DNA of 43,991 nt from Nitrospirota bacterium (GTDB lineage: Bacteria > Nitrospirota > Thermodesulfovibrionia > UBA6902), in contig DRDE01000314.1 of assembly GCA_011040095.1 (NCBI GenBank), positions 1 through 43,991 of the forward strand. Reading direction: 5' to 3'. The position numbers were made by a program, and so were the translations under genes. Below are positions 33,956 to 43,892 of this stretch, in pieces (within the stretch, counting starts at the first letter, position 1; every line of letters begins with the position of its first letter). The notes under the pieces are model-generated. The model saw only the letters and a list, made by a program, of their open reading frames with translations, made no database searches and was not told the DNA's origin.

Positions 33956-34945
33956 TCAATACTCCGCCTTCAGACTTCTTGCCATCAGCTCTTTTACGGC
34001 ATCAACAGGTTTCTTCTCTTCGTTAATCACTTTATATATCTGCTCTATGATAGGCATCTCCACATTGTGCTTCTTCGATAGTTCATATGCCGATTTTGAC
34101 GTGGCAACACCTTCAGCAACCATTTTCATGTTTGAGAGTATGCCGGTCAACTTTTCTCCCCGTCCAAGTTTATACCCGACCGTATAATTTCTTGAAAGCG
34201 TGCCTGTGCAGGTCAGCACAAGGTCTCCGAGCCCGCTCAATCCCCCGAATGTCTTTTCCCTGCCGCCTATCGCCACACCGAGCCGGATCATCTCCGCCAG
34301 TCCCCTCGTTATAAGCGCCGCCCTTGTGCTTGCGCCAAGGCCGAGACCGTCGGAAATGCCGGAAGCGATAGCCATCACGTTTTTAAGCGCCCCTCCCAGC
34401 TCAACACCCGGCACATCGGTATTGGTGTAAACCCTGAAATAATCCGTATTGAATAAGTCCTGAAGAAGCAAACCCGTATCATTATCCTCCGAGGCGATTG
34501 TTACTGCAGTGGGAAGTCTTTTTATCACCTCTTCCGCAAAACTCGGCCCGGATAAAACAGAAATCCGCCGGCCGGTCAACCCTTTAAGAATTGCCGATAC
34601 AGTCATCAGGGTGCCGTGCTCAATACCTTTTGAAGCGCTGACTATTTCAGCAGCATCAGCAATAAAGCCCGCTGCCTCACTGAACACAGAGCGTGTAAAC
34701 TGGGTCGGCACAACATTCAATATGTATTGTACATCCTTAACGGCATCCGGCAGGCTGTGAGTGGCTTTTAAATTATTGGATAAAGGAATTCCGGGGAGAT
34801 ATACGCTGTTGATGTTTGTGCGGTTTATTTCGTCTGCAAGTTTTTGTTCATATGTCCAGAGGGACACATCATTTCCCTTTTCAGCAAGAAGATTTGCAAG
34901 TGTCGTTCCCCAGCTCCCGGCCCCTATAACGGCAATGTAACTCAT
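33956..34945 (-). CDS. gpsA: NAD(P)H-dependent glycerol-3-phosphate dehydrogenase
   Basis: IAVIGAGSWGTTLANLL Rossmann motif; SGPSFAEEV; GALKNVMAIASG; GLGDLVLTCT...SRN. Confidence 0.9.
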   Translation of the reverse strand: MSYIAVIGAGSWGTTLANLLAEKGNDVSLWTYEQKLADEINRTNINSVYLPGIPLSNNLKATHSLPDAVKDVQYILNVVPTQFTRSVFSEAAGFIADAAEIVSASKGIEHGTLMTVSAILKGLTGRRISVLSGPSFAEEVIKRLPTAVTIASEDNDTGLLLQDLFNTDYFRVYTNTDVPGVELGGALKNVMAIASGISDGLGLGASTRAALITRGLAEMIRLGVAIGGREKTFGGLSGLGDLVLTCTGTLSRNYTVGYKLGRGEKLTGILSNMKMVAEGVATSKSAYELSKKHNVEMPIIEQIYKVINEEKKPVDAVKELMARSLKAEY

Positions 34946-35137
34946 AATATTGTCCTCATAATGTCCTTTAATGATAAGACAGTTGATTTATTCAGGCGTA
35001 AGAAATGATAACAAAAAAACATGGCAATTACAAAGCAATTCCAATTTCTCCGGCAATGCGCAACATATACCGGGGATTACGAAAACATACATAGGCGGTC
35101 GCCGGCAAGGTTGAGAGGGGGTGAGGTTTTTGATGCA

Positions 35138-35992
35138 TTACGATAGACAGGTCATAAAACCCCGCTTTATCCCGTCGGCTATCTTCGCCACTCCGGCCAT
35201 TTCCTTTACGTCATGCACCCTGATGATGTTTGCTCCATTGAATATCCCGATGGCCGCTGCCGCCGCCGTACCCTCAAGTCTTTCTGAAACAGGGATATCC
35301 CCGAGCGCCCTGCCGATAAATGATTTCCTTGAATGGCCTAAGAGCACCGGTTTTTCAAATCCCGTAAATTCATTCAGCCGTTTAATGATCTCAAGATTAT
35401 GTCCAACGGTTTTTCCGAAACCGATTCCCGGATCAATGATGATCATGTTATCGGGAATTCCCGCGTCTCCTGCAATCCTGATCCCCTCGTGCAAATAATC
35501 AATTATCTCGGGGATAAGGGCTTTATAAACCGGGTTTTTCTGCATGTTCTTCGGCGCGCCTTTGATATGCATTATTACGACAGGGACTTTGTTTCCCGCT
35601 GCAATTTCCGGCATCTCAGGATCAAACCGCAAGCCGCTTATGTCATTGATGATTGAAGCGCCCGCCTGAATAGCCGCCTCTGCAACACCCGCCTTGTAAG
35701 TATCGATTGAAATCGGGACCTTTACTTTCCCTGCAAGCGCTTCAATTACAGGCACAACACGATTAATTTCTTCTTTAACGGAAATTTTCCCTGCGCCCGG
35801 TCTTGTGGATTCCCCGCCGACATCTATAATATCAGCGCCTTCGTCCTGCATTCTCAGCGCCTGTTCAACAGCGCTGTCCTTATTGAAATATGCTCCCCCG
35901 TCGGAAAAGGAGTCAGGGGTGACATTAAGAATACCCATGACATAGGTTCTCTGCGAAAAGTCGAAATGGAAGTTTCTCCAGGCGAGTTTCAT
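35138..35992 (-). CDS. folP: Dihydropteroate synthase
   Basis: VMGILNVTPDSFSDGG, DIIDVGGESTRPG, SIDT, NDISG, GIGFGK. Classic ftsH-folP synteny. Confidence 0.9.
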   Translation of the reverse strand: MKLAWRNFHFDFSQRTYVMGILNVTPDSFSDGGAYFNKDSAVEQALRMQDEGADIIDVGGESTRPGAGKISVKEEINRVVPVIEALAGKVKVPISIDTYKAGVAEAAIQAGASIINDISGLRFDPEMPEIAAGNKVPVVIMHIKGAPKNMQKNPVYKALIPEIIDYLHEGIRIAGDAGIPDNMIIIDPGIGFGKTVGHNLEIIKRLNEFTGFEKPVLLGHSRKSFIGRALGDIPVSERLEGTAAAAAIGIFNGANIIRVHDVKEMAGVAKIADGIKRGFMTCLS

Positions 35993-36029
35993 CCGGCGTG
36001 TGTTACGGGATATACTTTCAATCTGAAAA

Positions 36030-37910
36030 TTATGCCGTTGATTCGGAAGTTGTGCTTATATCCTTTTCAGGGTTAATTTCTTCTTCTGCGGCCGGAGCCG
36101 GACCGTCCTTTGCTTCAGGCCCTGCAGAACTGTTTTTGCCTTCCACAATTGCATCTATTTCAGCAGCATCCATGGTTTCTTTATCAAGCAGCGCCTTGGC
36201 AAGGCTGAGAAGCAATTTCTTGTTATCAATCAGGAGATGCTTTGCATATTCATATCTCTCGCCGACAATCGTTCTGATCTCACCGTCAATTTCTTCCGCC
36301 GTCTTTTCAGAGTAGTCTTTCTGCTTTGAAAACTCCTTGCCGAGGAATATCTGTTCTTCACGCTTCCCAAAGGTCAATGGGCCTAATTTATCACTCATCC
36401 CCCATTCGCAGACCATTTGCTTTGCAAGGTCGGTGGCCCTATGAAGGTCGTTGCCCGCGCCCGTGGTGAGATGTCCAAGGGCGATCTCTTCCGCGGCCCT
36501 TCCGCCCATCAGAACCGCAAGTGTATTTAAAATATGTTCTTTTGAATACGTATACCTGTCATCTATCGGCAGCTGCTGCGTAATGCCGAGCGCCATTCCC
36601 CTCGGGATTATGCTGACCTTGTGAATGGGGTCGGTCCCGGGAGTCAGTTTTGCGACAAGTGCGTGGCCTGCTTCATGGTGTGCCGTATTGTTCTTTTCTT
36701 CTTCGGATATTATCATGCTTTTTCTTTCCTTGCCCATCATGACCTTGTCTTTTGAATCCTCGAAATCTATCATTTCAACCTTTGTCCTGGAGCGTCTCGC
36801 TGCCAGCAGGGCAGCTTCATTTGTAAGATTGGCAAGGTCTGCTCCTGAAAATCCCGGTGTTCCCCTCGCAAGGGTTTCAAGATTTACATCATCGTGGAGA
36901 GGGATATCTTTGCTGTGGACCTTTATTATCTCATGCCTGCCTTTTACATCCGGAAGAGGGACGATAACCTGTCTGTCAAATCTGCCCGGCCTTAAAAGCG
37001 CTGGGTCAAGTACATCAGGCCTGTTGGTTGCCGCAATCACAATAATTCCCTCGTTCGGGTTAAAACCGTCAAGCTCCACCAGAAGCTGGTTCAGTGTCTG
37101 TTCACGTTCGTCATGCCCACCTCCAAGCCCCGCTCCCCTGTGGCGTCCTACGGCGTCTATCTCGTCTATGAATATAATGCACGGGTTGCTCTTCTTTGCC
37201 TGTTCAAAGAGGTCCCTGACCCTCGAAGCGCCTACACCGACAAACATCTCTACAAAATCAGAGCCGCTTATGGAAAAAAACGGCACGCCCGCTTCGCCTG
37301 CTATGGCCTTTGCCAGCAAAGTTTTGCCTGCGCCCGGAGGTCCCACAAGCAGGATACCCTTCGGGATTTTCCCGCCTAACTTCTGGAATTTCTGAGGATC
37401 CTTCAGGAATTCGATGATTTCCTGCACTTCCTCTTTAGCCTCTTCAATGCCCGCAACATCGGAAAAAGTAACCTTTATCCCTTTTTCAGAGATGAGCTTT
37501 GCCTTGCTTCTGCCGAATGAGAGCGCCTTGTTGCCGCCGGCCTGCATCTGCCTCATAAAAAATACCCAGAGAAATACAAGCAGAATTATCGGTCCGAAAT
37601 TAAAGAGCACATTCATATACCACGGTGTATGATCCGGCTTTGCGCTGATTCTTATGCCTTTGCTTTGCAGGTCCTTTACCAGGTCGGGATAGTCCGGCGC
37701 ATAGGTTTTGAAATTCAGGCCGTTCTTCAAGGTGCCGATGATCATGTTTTCAGGTTTTTTTATCGTTACCTCTTCTACGTTATTTTGCCGTAATTCAGAC
37801 ATGAAATCCGAAAAAATCATTTCTTCCTGCGGTTTGGATGTCTCGAGAAGATTGAAAACCAGGATCATCATCAAACCGAACAAGACCCATATGATGATAC
37901 TTTTATACAA
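36030..37910 (-). CDS. ftsH: ATP-dependent zinc metalloprotease FtsH
   Basis: [13 protein letters not shown] Walker A, IIFIDEID Walker B, SRH region [27 protein letters not shown] zinc site. Confidence 0.95.
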   Translation of the reverse strand: MYKSIIIWVLFGLMMILVFNLLETSKPQEEMIFSDFMSELRQNNVEEVTIKKPENMIIGTLKNGLNFKTYAPDYPDLVKDLQSKGIRISAKPDHTPWYMNVLFNFGPIILLVFLWVFFMRQMQAGGNKALSFGRSKAKLISEKGIKVTFSDVAGIEEAKEEVQEIIEFLKDPQKFQKLGGKIPKGILLVGPPGAGKTLLAKAIAGEAGVPFFSISGSDFVEMFVGVGASRVRDLFEQAKKSNPCIIFIDEIDAVGRHRGAGLGGGHDEREQTLNQLLVELDGFNPNEGIIVIAATNRPDVLDPALLRPGRFDRQVIVPLPDVKGRHEIIKVHSKDIPLHDDVNLETLARGTPGFSGADLANLTNEAALLAARRSRTKVEMIDFEDSKDKVMMGKERKSMIISEEEKNNTAHHEAGHALVAKLTPGTDPIHKVSIIPRGMALGITQQLPIDDRYTYSKEHILNTLAVLMGGRAAEEIALGHLTTGAGNDLHRATDLAKQMVCEWGMSDKLGPLTFGKREEQIFLGKEFSKQKDYSEKTAEEIDGEIRTIVGERYEYAKHLLIDNKKLLLSLAKALLDKETMDAAEIDAIVEGKNSSAGPEAKDGPAPAAEEEINPEKDISTTSESTA

Positions 37911-37973
37911 AATAGTTATCTCCCATCCCTAAAGAATAACATATTTCTTTGTTGTATTGCCAACGTTCTGAAT

Positions 37974-38114
37974 TCTGTGTATAAACTCAGATAGTTGTTG
38001 TTTTTCCGTCATTCCGGCTTGTCCGGAATCGTTTCTTTAAGAAGGATTCCCGGCGCGCTTCGCTTGCGGGAATGACATGCTTTTGAGTATTTGTGTTATT
38101 TATACACAGACACT
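37974..38114. mobile_element. MITE family B, copy 2
   Basis: tctgtgtataaa...tttatacacagacact termini. Internal hairpins: cattccggcttgtccggaatc and ggattcccggcgcgcttcgcttgcgggaatgaca. Its last 2 bp (38113-38114) fall within the EamA stop codon (38113-38115). Confidence 0.6.
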
Positions 38115-38976
38115 ATTTGCTAAAAACAATCAATATAAATCCCGATAACATAATCACGCTTCCGATCGCTTTACCGGCAATTCTTTCTTCGTTAAACAAA
38201 AAACATCCGTAAAGGATACTGAAAAGGAGGCTTGTTCTTTTAACGGAGATCATATACGCAACATTGACAAGATTCATTGCAAGCATATGGAAGATAATCA
38301 TCAATGAATAGGTAACCCCGATAGACGCAAGGGGAATGATATCCTTTTTTGCAATAATGATTCCCCCCCTGTTTTTCATAACAGCAATCGGTGTAAATAA
38401 AAGAAACACGAGTATAAAGTAAAATGCCCCGAAAAAAACGGGTGATGAATGTTCAATAGCCATTTTCCCCAGTGAAGACGTAAAACTGAAAATAAAGGCA
38501 ACTGCAATCATCATAACCGATCCCTTTTCCCTGAATATCGCCTTTACGGGCTCCAGTAAGGATTTTTTTATTTTGTGAATGTTGAGCAGGTAACTTCCTG
38601 CAGCCATGAGGATAATCCCGGCGGCTCCCTCCTTTGAAACACGCTCTCCCAGGATGAGGTATGACATTAAAATTAAAAACACCGGGGTTAATGCAAGAAA
38701 GGGCATTGTCAGGCTCAGGGGAGAGGACTTTAATGCCTTTGTATATAAGATGATAGCTGTTATCTCCAATGGAAGCGCGCATAATGTAGCCAGCCAGAAG
38801 GTTTTATCAAGAGGGGGAAATTCTATAAATAACAGGCTTATCAAAAGAACGGGCAGGGCAAATAACAATCGCTCCCATGCTATAAAATACTCATCCCCGG
38901 AGGAAAGCGCGCGTTTTGTCAAGGCATCGCTTGTAGCAAGGGAAAACGCGGTTAAAAGGGAATAGACAATCCACAA
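38113..38976 (-). CDS. EamA/DMT-superfamily transporter
   Basis: 287 aa, about 10 hydrophobic helices, two-fold internal EamA-like organisation. Confidence 0.75.
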   Translation of the reverse strand: MWIVYSLLTAFSLATSDALTKRALSSGDEYFIAWERLLFALPVLLISLLFIEFPPLDKTFWLATLCALPLEITAIILYTKALKSSPLSLTMPFLALTPVFLILMSYLILGERVSKEGAAGIILMAAGSYLLNIHKIKKSLLEPVKAIFREKGSVMMIAVAFIFSFTSSLGKMAIEHSSPVFFGAFYFILVFLLFTPIAVMKNRGGIIIAKKDIIPLASIGVTYSLMIIFHMLAMNLVNVAYMISVKRTSLLFSILYGCFLFNEERIAGKAIGSVIMLSGFILIVFSK

Positions 38977-38980
38977 AATA

Positions 38981-40351
38981 TCAGCTTTCTATTTTATAAT
39001 CCTTGATTTTAGTCAGTAAAGTCTTGTAGCTGACCTTAAGTATCTCTGCGGCTTTGGTTTTATTTCCGTGGGTATCTTCAAGAGCCCTTTTTATCCTTCG
39101 GGACTCTGCGACTTTAAGGGCCGCCTTTGCAACTTCGTCAAGTGTTCCGTCCAATGCGGGCTCCCATGATGTTCCGCCTGGATAGCCGGCGGAAGCCAGC
39201 CTGAAATCCTTTTTTGTTATTACATTTCCATCGCAAAGAATAAGCGCCCTTTCTATGACGTTTTCAAGCTCTCTCACATTGCCCTTCCATGAATAGTTTT
39301 TCAATATTTCTATTGCATCCGGGGCTATATCTTTGTGTGTGATATTCATCTCCGCCGAATACTTGGAAATAAAGTGTTCAACCAGCGCGGGTATGTCATC
39401 TTTTCTCTGCCTTAAAGGAGGGATCATAATCGGGAAGACACTCAACCTGTAATAAAGGTCCTCCCTGAAAGCATTGTCCGCGACCGCCGCCTCAAGATTC
39501 CGGTTGCTTGCAGCAAGGATTCTTATATCCACCTTGATGCATTTTGTGCCTCCGACCCTGTCTATTTCTCCTTCCTGCAGGGTTCTTAACAGCTTTGCCT
39601 GCAGGGCAATATCCAGTTCGCCTATTTCGTCAAGGAAAACCGTGCCCCTGTCCGCAAGTTCAAGCTTCCCGAGTTTTCTTTCCCCGGCCCCGGTAAATGC
39701 CCCCTTCTCATGGCCGAACAGTTCGGATTCAAGGAGTTCTCCGGGTATTGCCGCGCAGTTTATCGGGACGAACGGGTGATCTTTCCTTGGACTTAAATCA
39801 TGGATTGCCCTTGCAAAGAGTTCTTTGCCTGTGCCCGATTCTCCAAGGATCAATACGGTTGTTTTTGCGGGGGCCACCTTGCGTATATTCTCAGCCACTT
39901 CAAGCATCCCCCTGCTTTTGCCGATAATATTCGGCATGCCGACGCTATGTGACAATGCATCTTTGAGGAGGAGATTTTCAGTGATGAGTCTCTGGTTTTT
40001 AAGCGATCTTTTTATGAGAATTTGCAGGTAATCGGTGTCTAACGGTTTTGTTATGAAATCATATGCGCCTAATTTCATGGCATTAACGGCAGTCTCAATA
40101 GACCCGTAGGCAGTCATAACGATTACAGGGGTTAAAGGGTTTTCATCTTTTGATGCCTTAAGCACTTCAAGACCGTTTTTTCCGGGCAGCTTAAGGTCCG
40201 TAAGCACCAGGTCCACATTACTCTCTCTTACCTTCTTAATCCCCTCGGCGCCGTCTTTTGCAATCACCACCTTATAACCTTCTGTCTCCAGGGTCTCCTT
40301 AAGCATCCTGGCCATGGATTCCTTGTCTTCTACGATGAGTATTTTTTCCAT
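38981..40351 (-). CDS. Sigma-54-dependent response regulator (NtrC/AtoC family: REC, AAA+, Fis-type HTH)
   Basis: REC ILIVEDKESM...DLVLTDLKLPGKNG. AAA+ GESGTGKELFARAIH, ESELFGHEKGAFTGA (GAFTGA), DEIGEL. C-terminal GNKTKAAEILKVSYKTLLTKIK. Confidence 0.9.
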   Translation of the reverse strand: MEKILIVEDKESMARMLKETLETEGYKVVIAKDGAEGIKKVRESNVDLVLTDLKLPGKNGLEVLKASKDENPLTPVIVMTAYGSIETAVNAMKLGAYDFITKPLDTDYLQILIKRSLKNQRLITENLLLKDALSHSVGMPNIIGKSRGMLEVAENIRKVAPAKTTVLILGESGTGKELFARAIHDLSPRKDHPFVPINCAAIPGELLESELFGHEKGAFTGAGERKLGKLELADRGTVFLDEIGELDIALQAKLLRTLQEGEIDRVGGTKCIKVDIRILAASNRNLEAAVADNAFREDLYYRLSVFPIMIPPLRQRKDDIPALVEHFISKYSAEMNITHKDIAPDAIEILKNYSWKGNVRELENVIERALILCDGNVITKKDFRLASAGYPGGTSWEPALDGTLDEVAKAALKVAESRRIKRALEDTHGNKTKAAEILKVSYKTLLTKIKDYKIES

Positions 40352-40791
40352 TGTAAAATCTTTCCGTTCTAATGTTAATATCCGACTCCCCGCAATGACC
40401 GAGGAATGAATAATAATATCATTACTGTCTTAATAGACTCAAATAATATTTTGAGATATCATCTGAGTTCTTAACACATTTGACTATCGCGTTTACAATA
40501 TTGAGCGGCCATGCGCTTTTGACATCAAGACTGCCATTGAAATGCTCCTGAAGAAACAGTTTATTGTCGGACAGATTCCTGAATATCTAAAAGCATCCCC
40601 ATGATGATTTAATTATAACATGTCAGGTTAATCCTAAAACAAACGAGGTTTTATTACAAACTCTTTAGCATGTCATCATAGCCATTTCCAGTCATAAATT
40701 TTGAGCTATTCATCTATTTTAGCACCGATTTTCAGGCTGTTAATATCGATTGTACCGATGAAAACCTGAAACACCATTTTACAGAGTTTAA

Positions 40792-40900
40792 GTAACTACT
40801 CAGGTACAAAGTGGCAAAGGCACATAGGCACTTAGGGTTACAGAAATACAAGAAAAGTTTTTCATTCTTTTTTTCACTTTGTGCCTACCTGAATAGTTAC
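40792..40900. mobile_element. MITE family A, copy 2 (opposite orientation to copy 1)
   Basis: The reverse complement aligns along its length with 13939-14055, including both termini (gtaactactcagg...cctgaatagttac). Confidence 0.8.
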
Positions 40901-41049
40901 GATTCAATAAGAAAGAATAGGGGTAATATATAGATGGAGTTATTAATGAAAAAGGCTTTTATTAAGGAAACATATCAAGCCTCAATAAATCCCTTTAAAT
41001 AATAATTATATTCCTGTATAATAATTATCACATTAAATATATAATTCAG

Positions 41050-41078
41050 TTGACAAGTTAACAAGCAATGATTATAAT
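41050..41078 (+). promoter_or_regulatory. Consensus sigma-70 promoter of the higB / higA-immA operon
   Basis: TTGACA (41050-41055), exactly 17 nt of spacer, TATAAT (41073-41078). GGAG SD at 41083-41086, 8 nt before the GTG start at 41095. Confidence 0.65.
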
Positions 41079-41094
41079 AACTGGAGAATGATTA

Positions 41095-41394
41095 GTGAGA
41101 TATAGATTTGACGATTTCAGGCTTGAAAAGCTTTATTTGTACGGAACCGGAAGCGAACGATATCCTCAGGGCATAGTGGATGTTTTCATAAGGCGGGTAA
41201 GGACTATTGAAGGAGTCCTGGATGAGCGGAATTTAAGAGCTTTAAAAAGCCTGCACTTTGAAAAGTTGAGAGGAGAAAGGAATAAATATTCCATAAGGCT
41301 TAATAAGGGATGGAGACTAATATTAACAATTGAAAAAGATAAAGATGGGAAGACTTTGGTGTTAATAGAAATTAATAACCATTATGGAGATTAA
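41095..41394 (+). CDS. higB: HigB-type (plasmid maintenance system killer) toxin
   Basis: 99 aa, GTG start. LRALKSLHFEKLRGERNKYSIRLNKGWRLILTIE...LIEINNHYGD matches the HigB/RelE-fold pattern (..lh.LkG.r.g.ySirin.qwRlvF.....). Confidence 0.75.
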   Translation: MRYRFDDFRLEKLYLYGTGSERYPQGIVDVFIRRVRTIEGVLDERNLRALKSLHFEKLRGERNKYSIRLNKGWRLILTIEKDKDGKTLVLIEINNHYGD

Positions 41395-41395
41395 A

Positions 41396-42481
41396 ATGGA
41401 AGATAAAAAAAGGCCGTTTCGGCCAATACCGCCGGGCGAAATAATAAAGGAAGAACTGGATGCGCGCGGCTGGACCCAGGGAGACTTTGCAGAAATTACC
41501 GGTAAGCCTTTACAGGCGATTAACGCAATAATAGCAGGAAAAAGGGCAATTATTCCGGAAACTGCCATTCTCTTTTCTAAAGCATTTAAGACTTCCCCGG
41601 AATTCTGGTTGAATCTTGAATCAGCTTATCGGCTGGACATGCTGCATCAGGGGCAGCATAAGGTGGATATTGTTTCACGAAAAGCAAAACTGTACGGTAT
41701 TGCTCCGGTAAAAGAATTGATAAAGCGCGGCTGGATAAAGGCGTCAGAATCAATCAGCCGGTTGGAAGCAGAAGTTATGGACTTCTTTGGTATTTCTGAT
41801 ATAGAGACCCCTCCTTCAATAGCAACAAATTTTCGTAGAATTATTGATACCCCGGCACTCATGGCATGGGTGAGAAAGGCAGAAATAGAGGCAAGGAAAA
41901 TGTCCTGTTCTAAATTTGATCCGAATAAATTTAAGCAATCTATTAAACAATTGCCCGGATTCTCAGCGAGTGATACATTGACCGGTCAAATTCCCCAAAA
42001 ACTCTGTAAATTAGGAATCCGCATTGTATTTATACCGCATTTACCTCAGACTCGTGTAGACGGGGCTGCGTTTTGGCTTGACAATAAGATGCCGGTTGTT
42101 GCTATATCTCTGAGAATGGACAGAGCTGATAATTACTGGTTTACCTTGATGCATGAACTTGCTCATTTATTAGAAAGCTACAGGAATAATGTTAGCTACA
42201 TCGACAACGATATAGCTGGTGAGCCGGAAAACAAAATTGAAGAAAAAGCCAACAATACTGCACATGACATGCTGATCCCGCCGGATAGTTTTAAGCTTTT
42301 TGTGAAGCAGAATAAACCATATTTTTCCAGAAATGTCGTTATCTCATTTGCACAGGAACTCGGTATACATCCTGCAATTGTTGTTGGCAGGTTACAGTAT
42401 GAAGAGTTGATTCCATATACACATCTACGCAATTTGATAAGCAAGGTACGCCCTGTATTGAGTGAATATGTTAAGGCTTAG
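41396..42481 (+). CDS. HigA-like XRE HTH antitoxin fused to an ImmA/IrrE (COG2856) zinc-metallopeptidase domain
   Basis: N-terminal PPGEIIKEELDARGWTQGDFAEITGKPLQAINAIIAGKRAIIPETAILFSKAF..SPEFWLNLESAY (HigA). C-terminal YWFTLMHELAHLL (HExxH). The track ORF begins at 41384; ATG 41396 follows the higB stop by 1 nt and has a GGAG SD. Confidence 0.75.
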   Translation: MEDKKRPFRPIPPGEIIKEELDARGWTQGDFAEITGKPLQAINAIIAGKRAIIPETAILFSKAFKTSPEFWLNLESAYRLDMLHQGQHKVDIVSRKAKLYGIAPVKELIKRGWIKASESISRLEAEVMDFFGISDIETPPSIATNFRRIIDTPALMAWVRKAEIEARKMSCSKFDPNKFKQSIKQLPGFSASDTLTGQIPQKLCKLGIRIVFIPHLPQTRVDGAAFWLDNKMPVVAISLRMDRADNYWFTLMHELAHLLESYRNNVSYIDNDIAGEPENKIEEKANNTAHDMLIPPDSFKLFVKQNKPYFSRNVVISFAQELGIHPAIVVGRLQYEELIPYTHLRNLISKVRPVLSEYVKA

Positions 42482-42511
42482 GTATATGATGCCTGAGAAA
42501 AGAGTATAAAA

Positions 42512-42787
42512 ATGGCAAAGGGAAAAGTTACAAAAATCATCGATGGAGATACTTTTAAAATTCAAGGCGGAAAGTCAGTTCGTCTTGCTAATGTAAGAGC
42601 TCCGGAAATTGGAACAAAAGGCGGTGCCAAGGCAAGAAACGACTTGAGTAATCTGATTGAAGGAAAAACTGTCAGCTATGATGAAAAGGGTACGTCTTAT
42701 AACAGAACTGTTGCAAATGTTAAAGTTGCCGGAAAATTTGTTAATCAGGTTATGAGAAATAAAGGATATACAGATAAAGGTAACTAA
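42512..42787 (+). CDS. Short staphylococcal-nuclease (SNase)-like protein, C-terminally short and with an altered metal site
   Basis: VTKIIDGDTFKI...VRLANVRAPE...YNRTVANV...VNQVMRNKGY follows the thermonuclease pattern (v.DGDT....g...iRL.giDaPE....YgR.va.v...g..vn..lv..G.A). The usual Asp of the DAPE motif is Arg. Confidence 0.55.
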   Translation: MAKGKVTKIIDGDTFKIQGGKSVRLANVRAPEIGTKGGAKARNDLSNLIEGKTVSYDEKGTSYNRTVANVKVAGKFVNQVMRNKGYTDKGN

Positions 42788-42806
42788 TACTTTCCATAGC
42801 TGGGTG

Positions 42807-42870
42807 GTGGGTGGTGTCGTGTCTACGCATTACAGATAATTCTGAAGAGCGTAGACACGACACCACCCAC
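42807..42870. repeat. Perfect 22-bp inverted repeat with a 20-nt loop
   Basis: gtgggtggtgtcgtgtctacgc (42807-42828) and gcgtagacacgacaccacccac (42849-42870). Confidence 0.9.
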
Positions 42871-42914
42871 TAAGCTGAAAATTTCCTACCAGAGTGTGAA
42901 GTTTAAGAATATAT

Positions 42915-43892
42915 TTAAAAGTAGGGTTTATCCAGCAGTTTAAAGCGTTCTTTGCGGGATTTTTTGTATTGCTGCATGGGTCGGTCATTATAAAGTTCCA
43001 ATGCTTCCCATACTGCCTGGTTAAGCTCCGCAAGGTTGAAGAACGTGTGATTACGAAGACGACCGAAGATGAATCGCTGAAGATGAAGGATATTGCTCTC
43101 CACTACCGGTTTGTCCCGGGGTTTGCGTACCCGGGCAGGCAGAATTACTGTATCGTAATGTTGGGCAAATTTTCCATATAATGCATTGATTTCCGGCTCA
43201 TAGAAGTTTGCCTTTGTTACGGTGCTTTTTAAATTATCAGGGACAAATGCCTTCGGCACACACCCGAAATACTCCACTGCCCGTATATGGGACTTTACCC
43301 AGTCCTGACCACTCCGACTGGCTGTGCATTCGGCGTATGTGTGGCTGCTGGCTCCCCAACTGCCTACAAAAAACCCTGCCTCTTCCCACTTGCCCTCTTC
43401 CCACTTGCCCTCTTCCCGGTTGAAATATCTCAACCCATCTCCACTATAATCTACAAAGACTTTCTCCCCTCCCTTATGGATTACTTTCATGCTGATTGAC
43501 AGGCCCTTACGGTATTTCTGATAATGCCGGTAAAAACTGCTCCTGCTCAGCCCCTCCGGATTGTCCTGTGCATATTCTTTCCATAAAAGCTCCAGGGTCA
43601 TATGCGGTCGTGTCAGTTCTTCCTGTATATACTGAACATCCGGCAGTATGTCTTCTTTTCCCTTTAAGGGTTTTTCGCTTTATATGCCCTCTTGAAGTTC
43701 TGTGTCCGGCATGTCTTCAGGAATCGGCCATGTCAGCTCCGACTCTTTAAATCTGCTTAGACTGTTATATACGTTTGTCTTTGACATTTGCAGCGCATCC
43801 GCTATCTGCCGGTTGCTTGATTTGCTGTCAAAATGCAGCCTTAAAATTTCTCTTATCTTTCGCATTGCTGTCCTCTTCTTCTTTTTGGCCAC
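42915..43892 (-). mobile_element. IS21-family istA transposase relic: in-frame TAA stop, 3' truncation, no istB
   Basis: The HTH part MRKIREILRLHFDSKSSNRQIADALQMSKTNVYN (43680-43892) and the catalytic part HMTLELLWKEYA...VFVDYSGD...SHTYAECT (42915-43601) are in the same frame, separated by one TAA at 43680-43682. The ORF ends at about 325 codons at LDKPYF, where IstA proteins normally continue. Confidence 0.7.

Noticed and set aside
36625-37395. 256-aa + strand ORF
   Set aside because: It is antisense to ftsH (Walker A/B, SRH and HEAGH all present on the minus strand). The Ser/Pro-rich translation is typical of an antisense frame.
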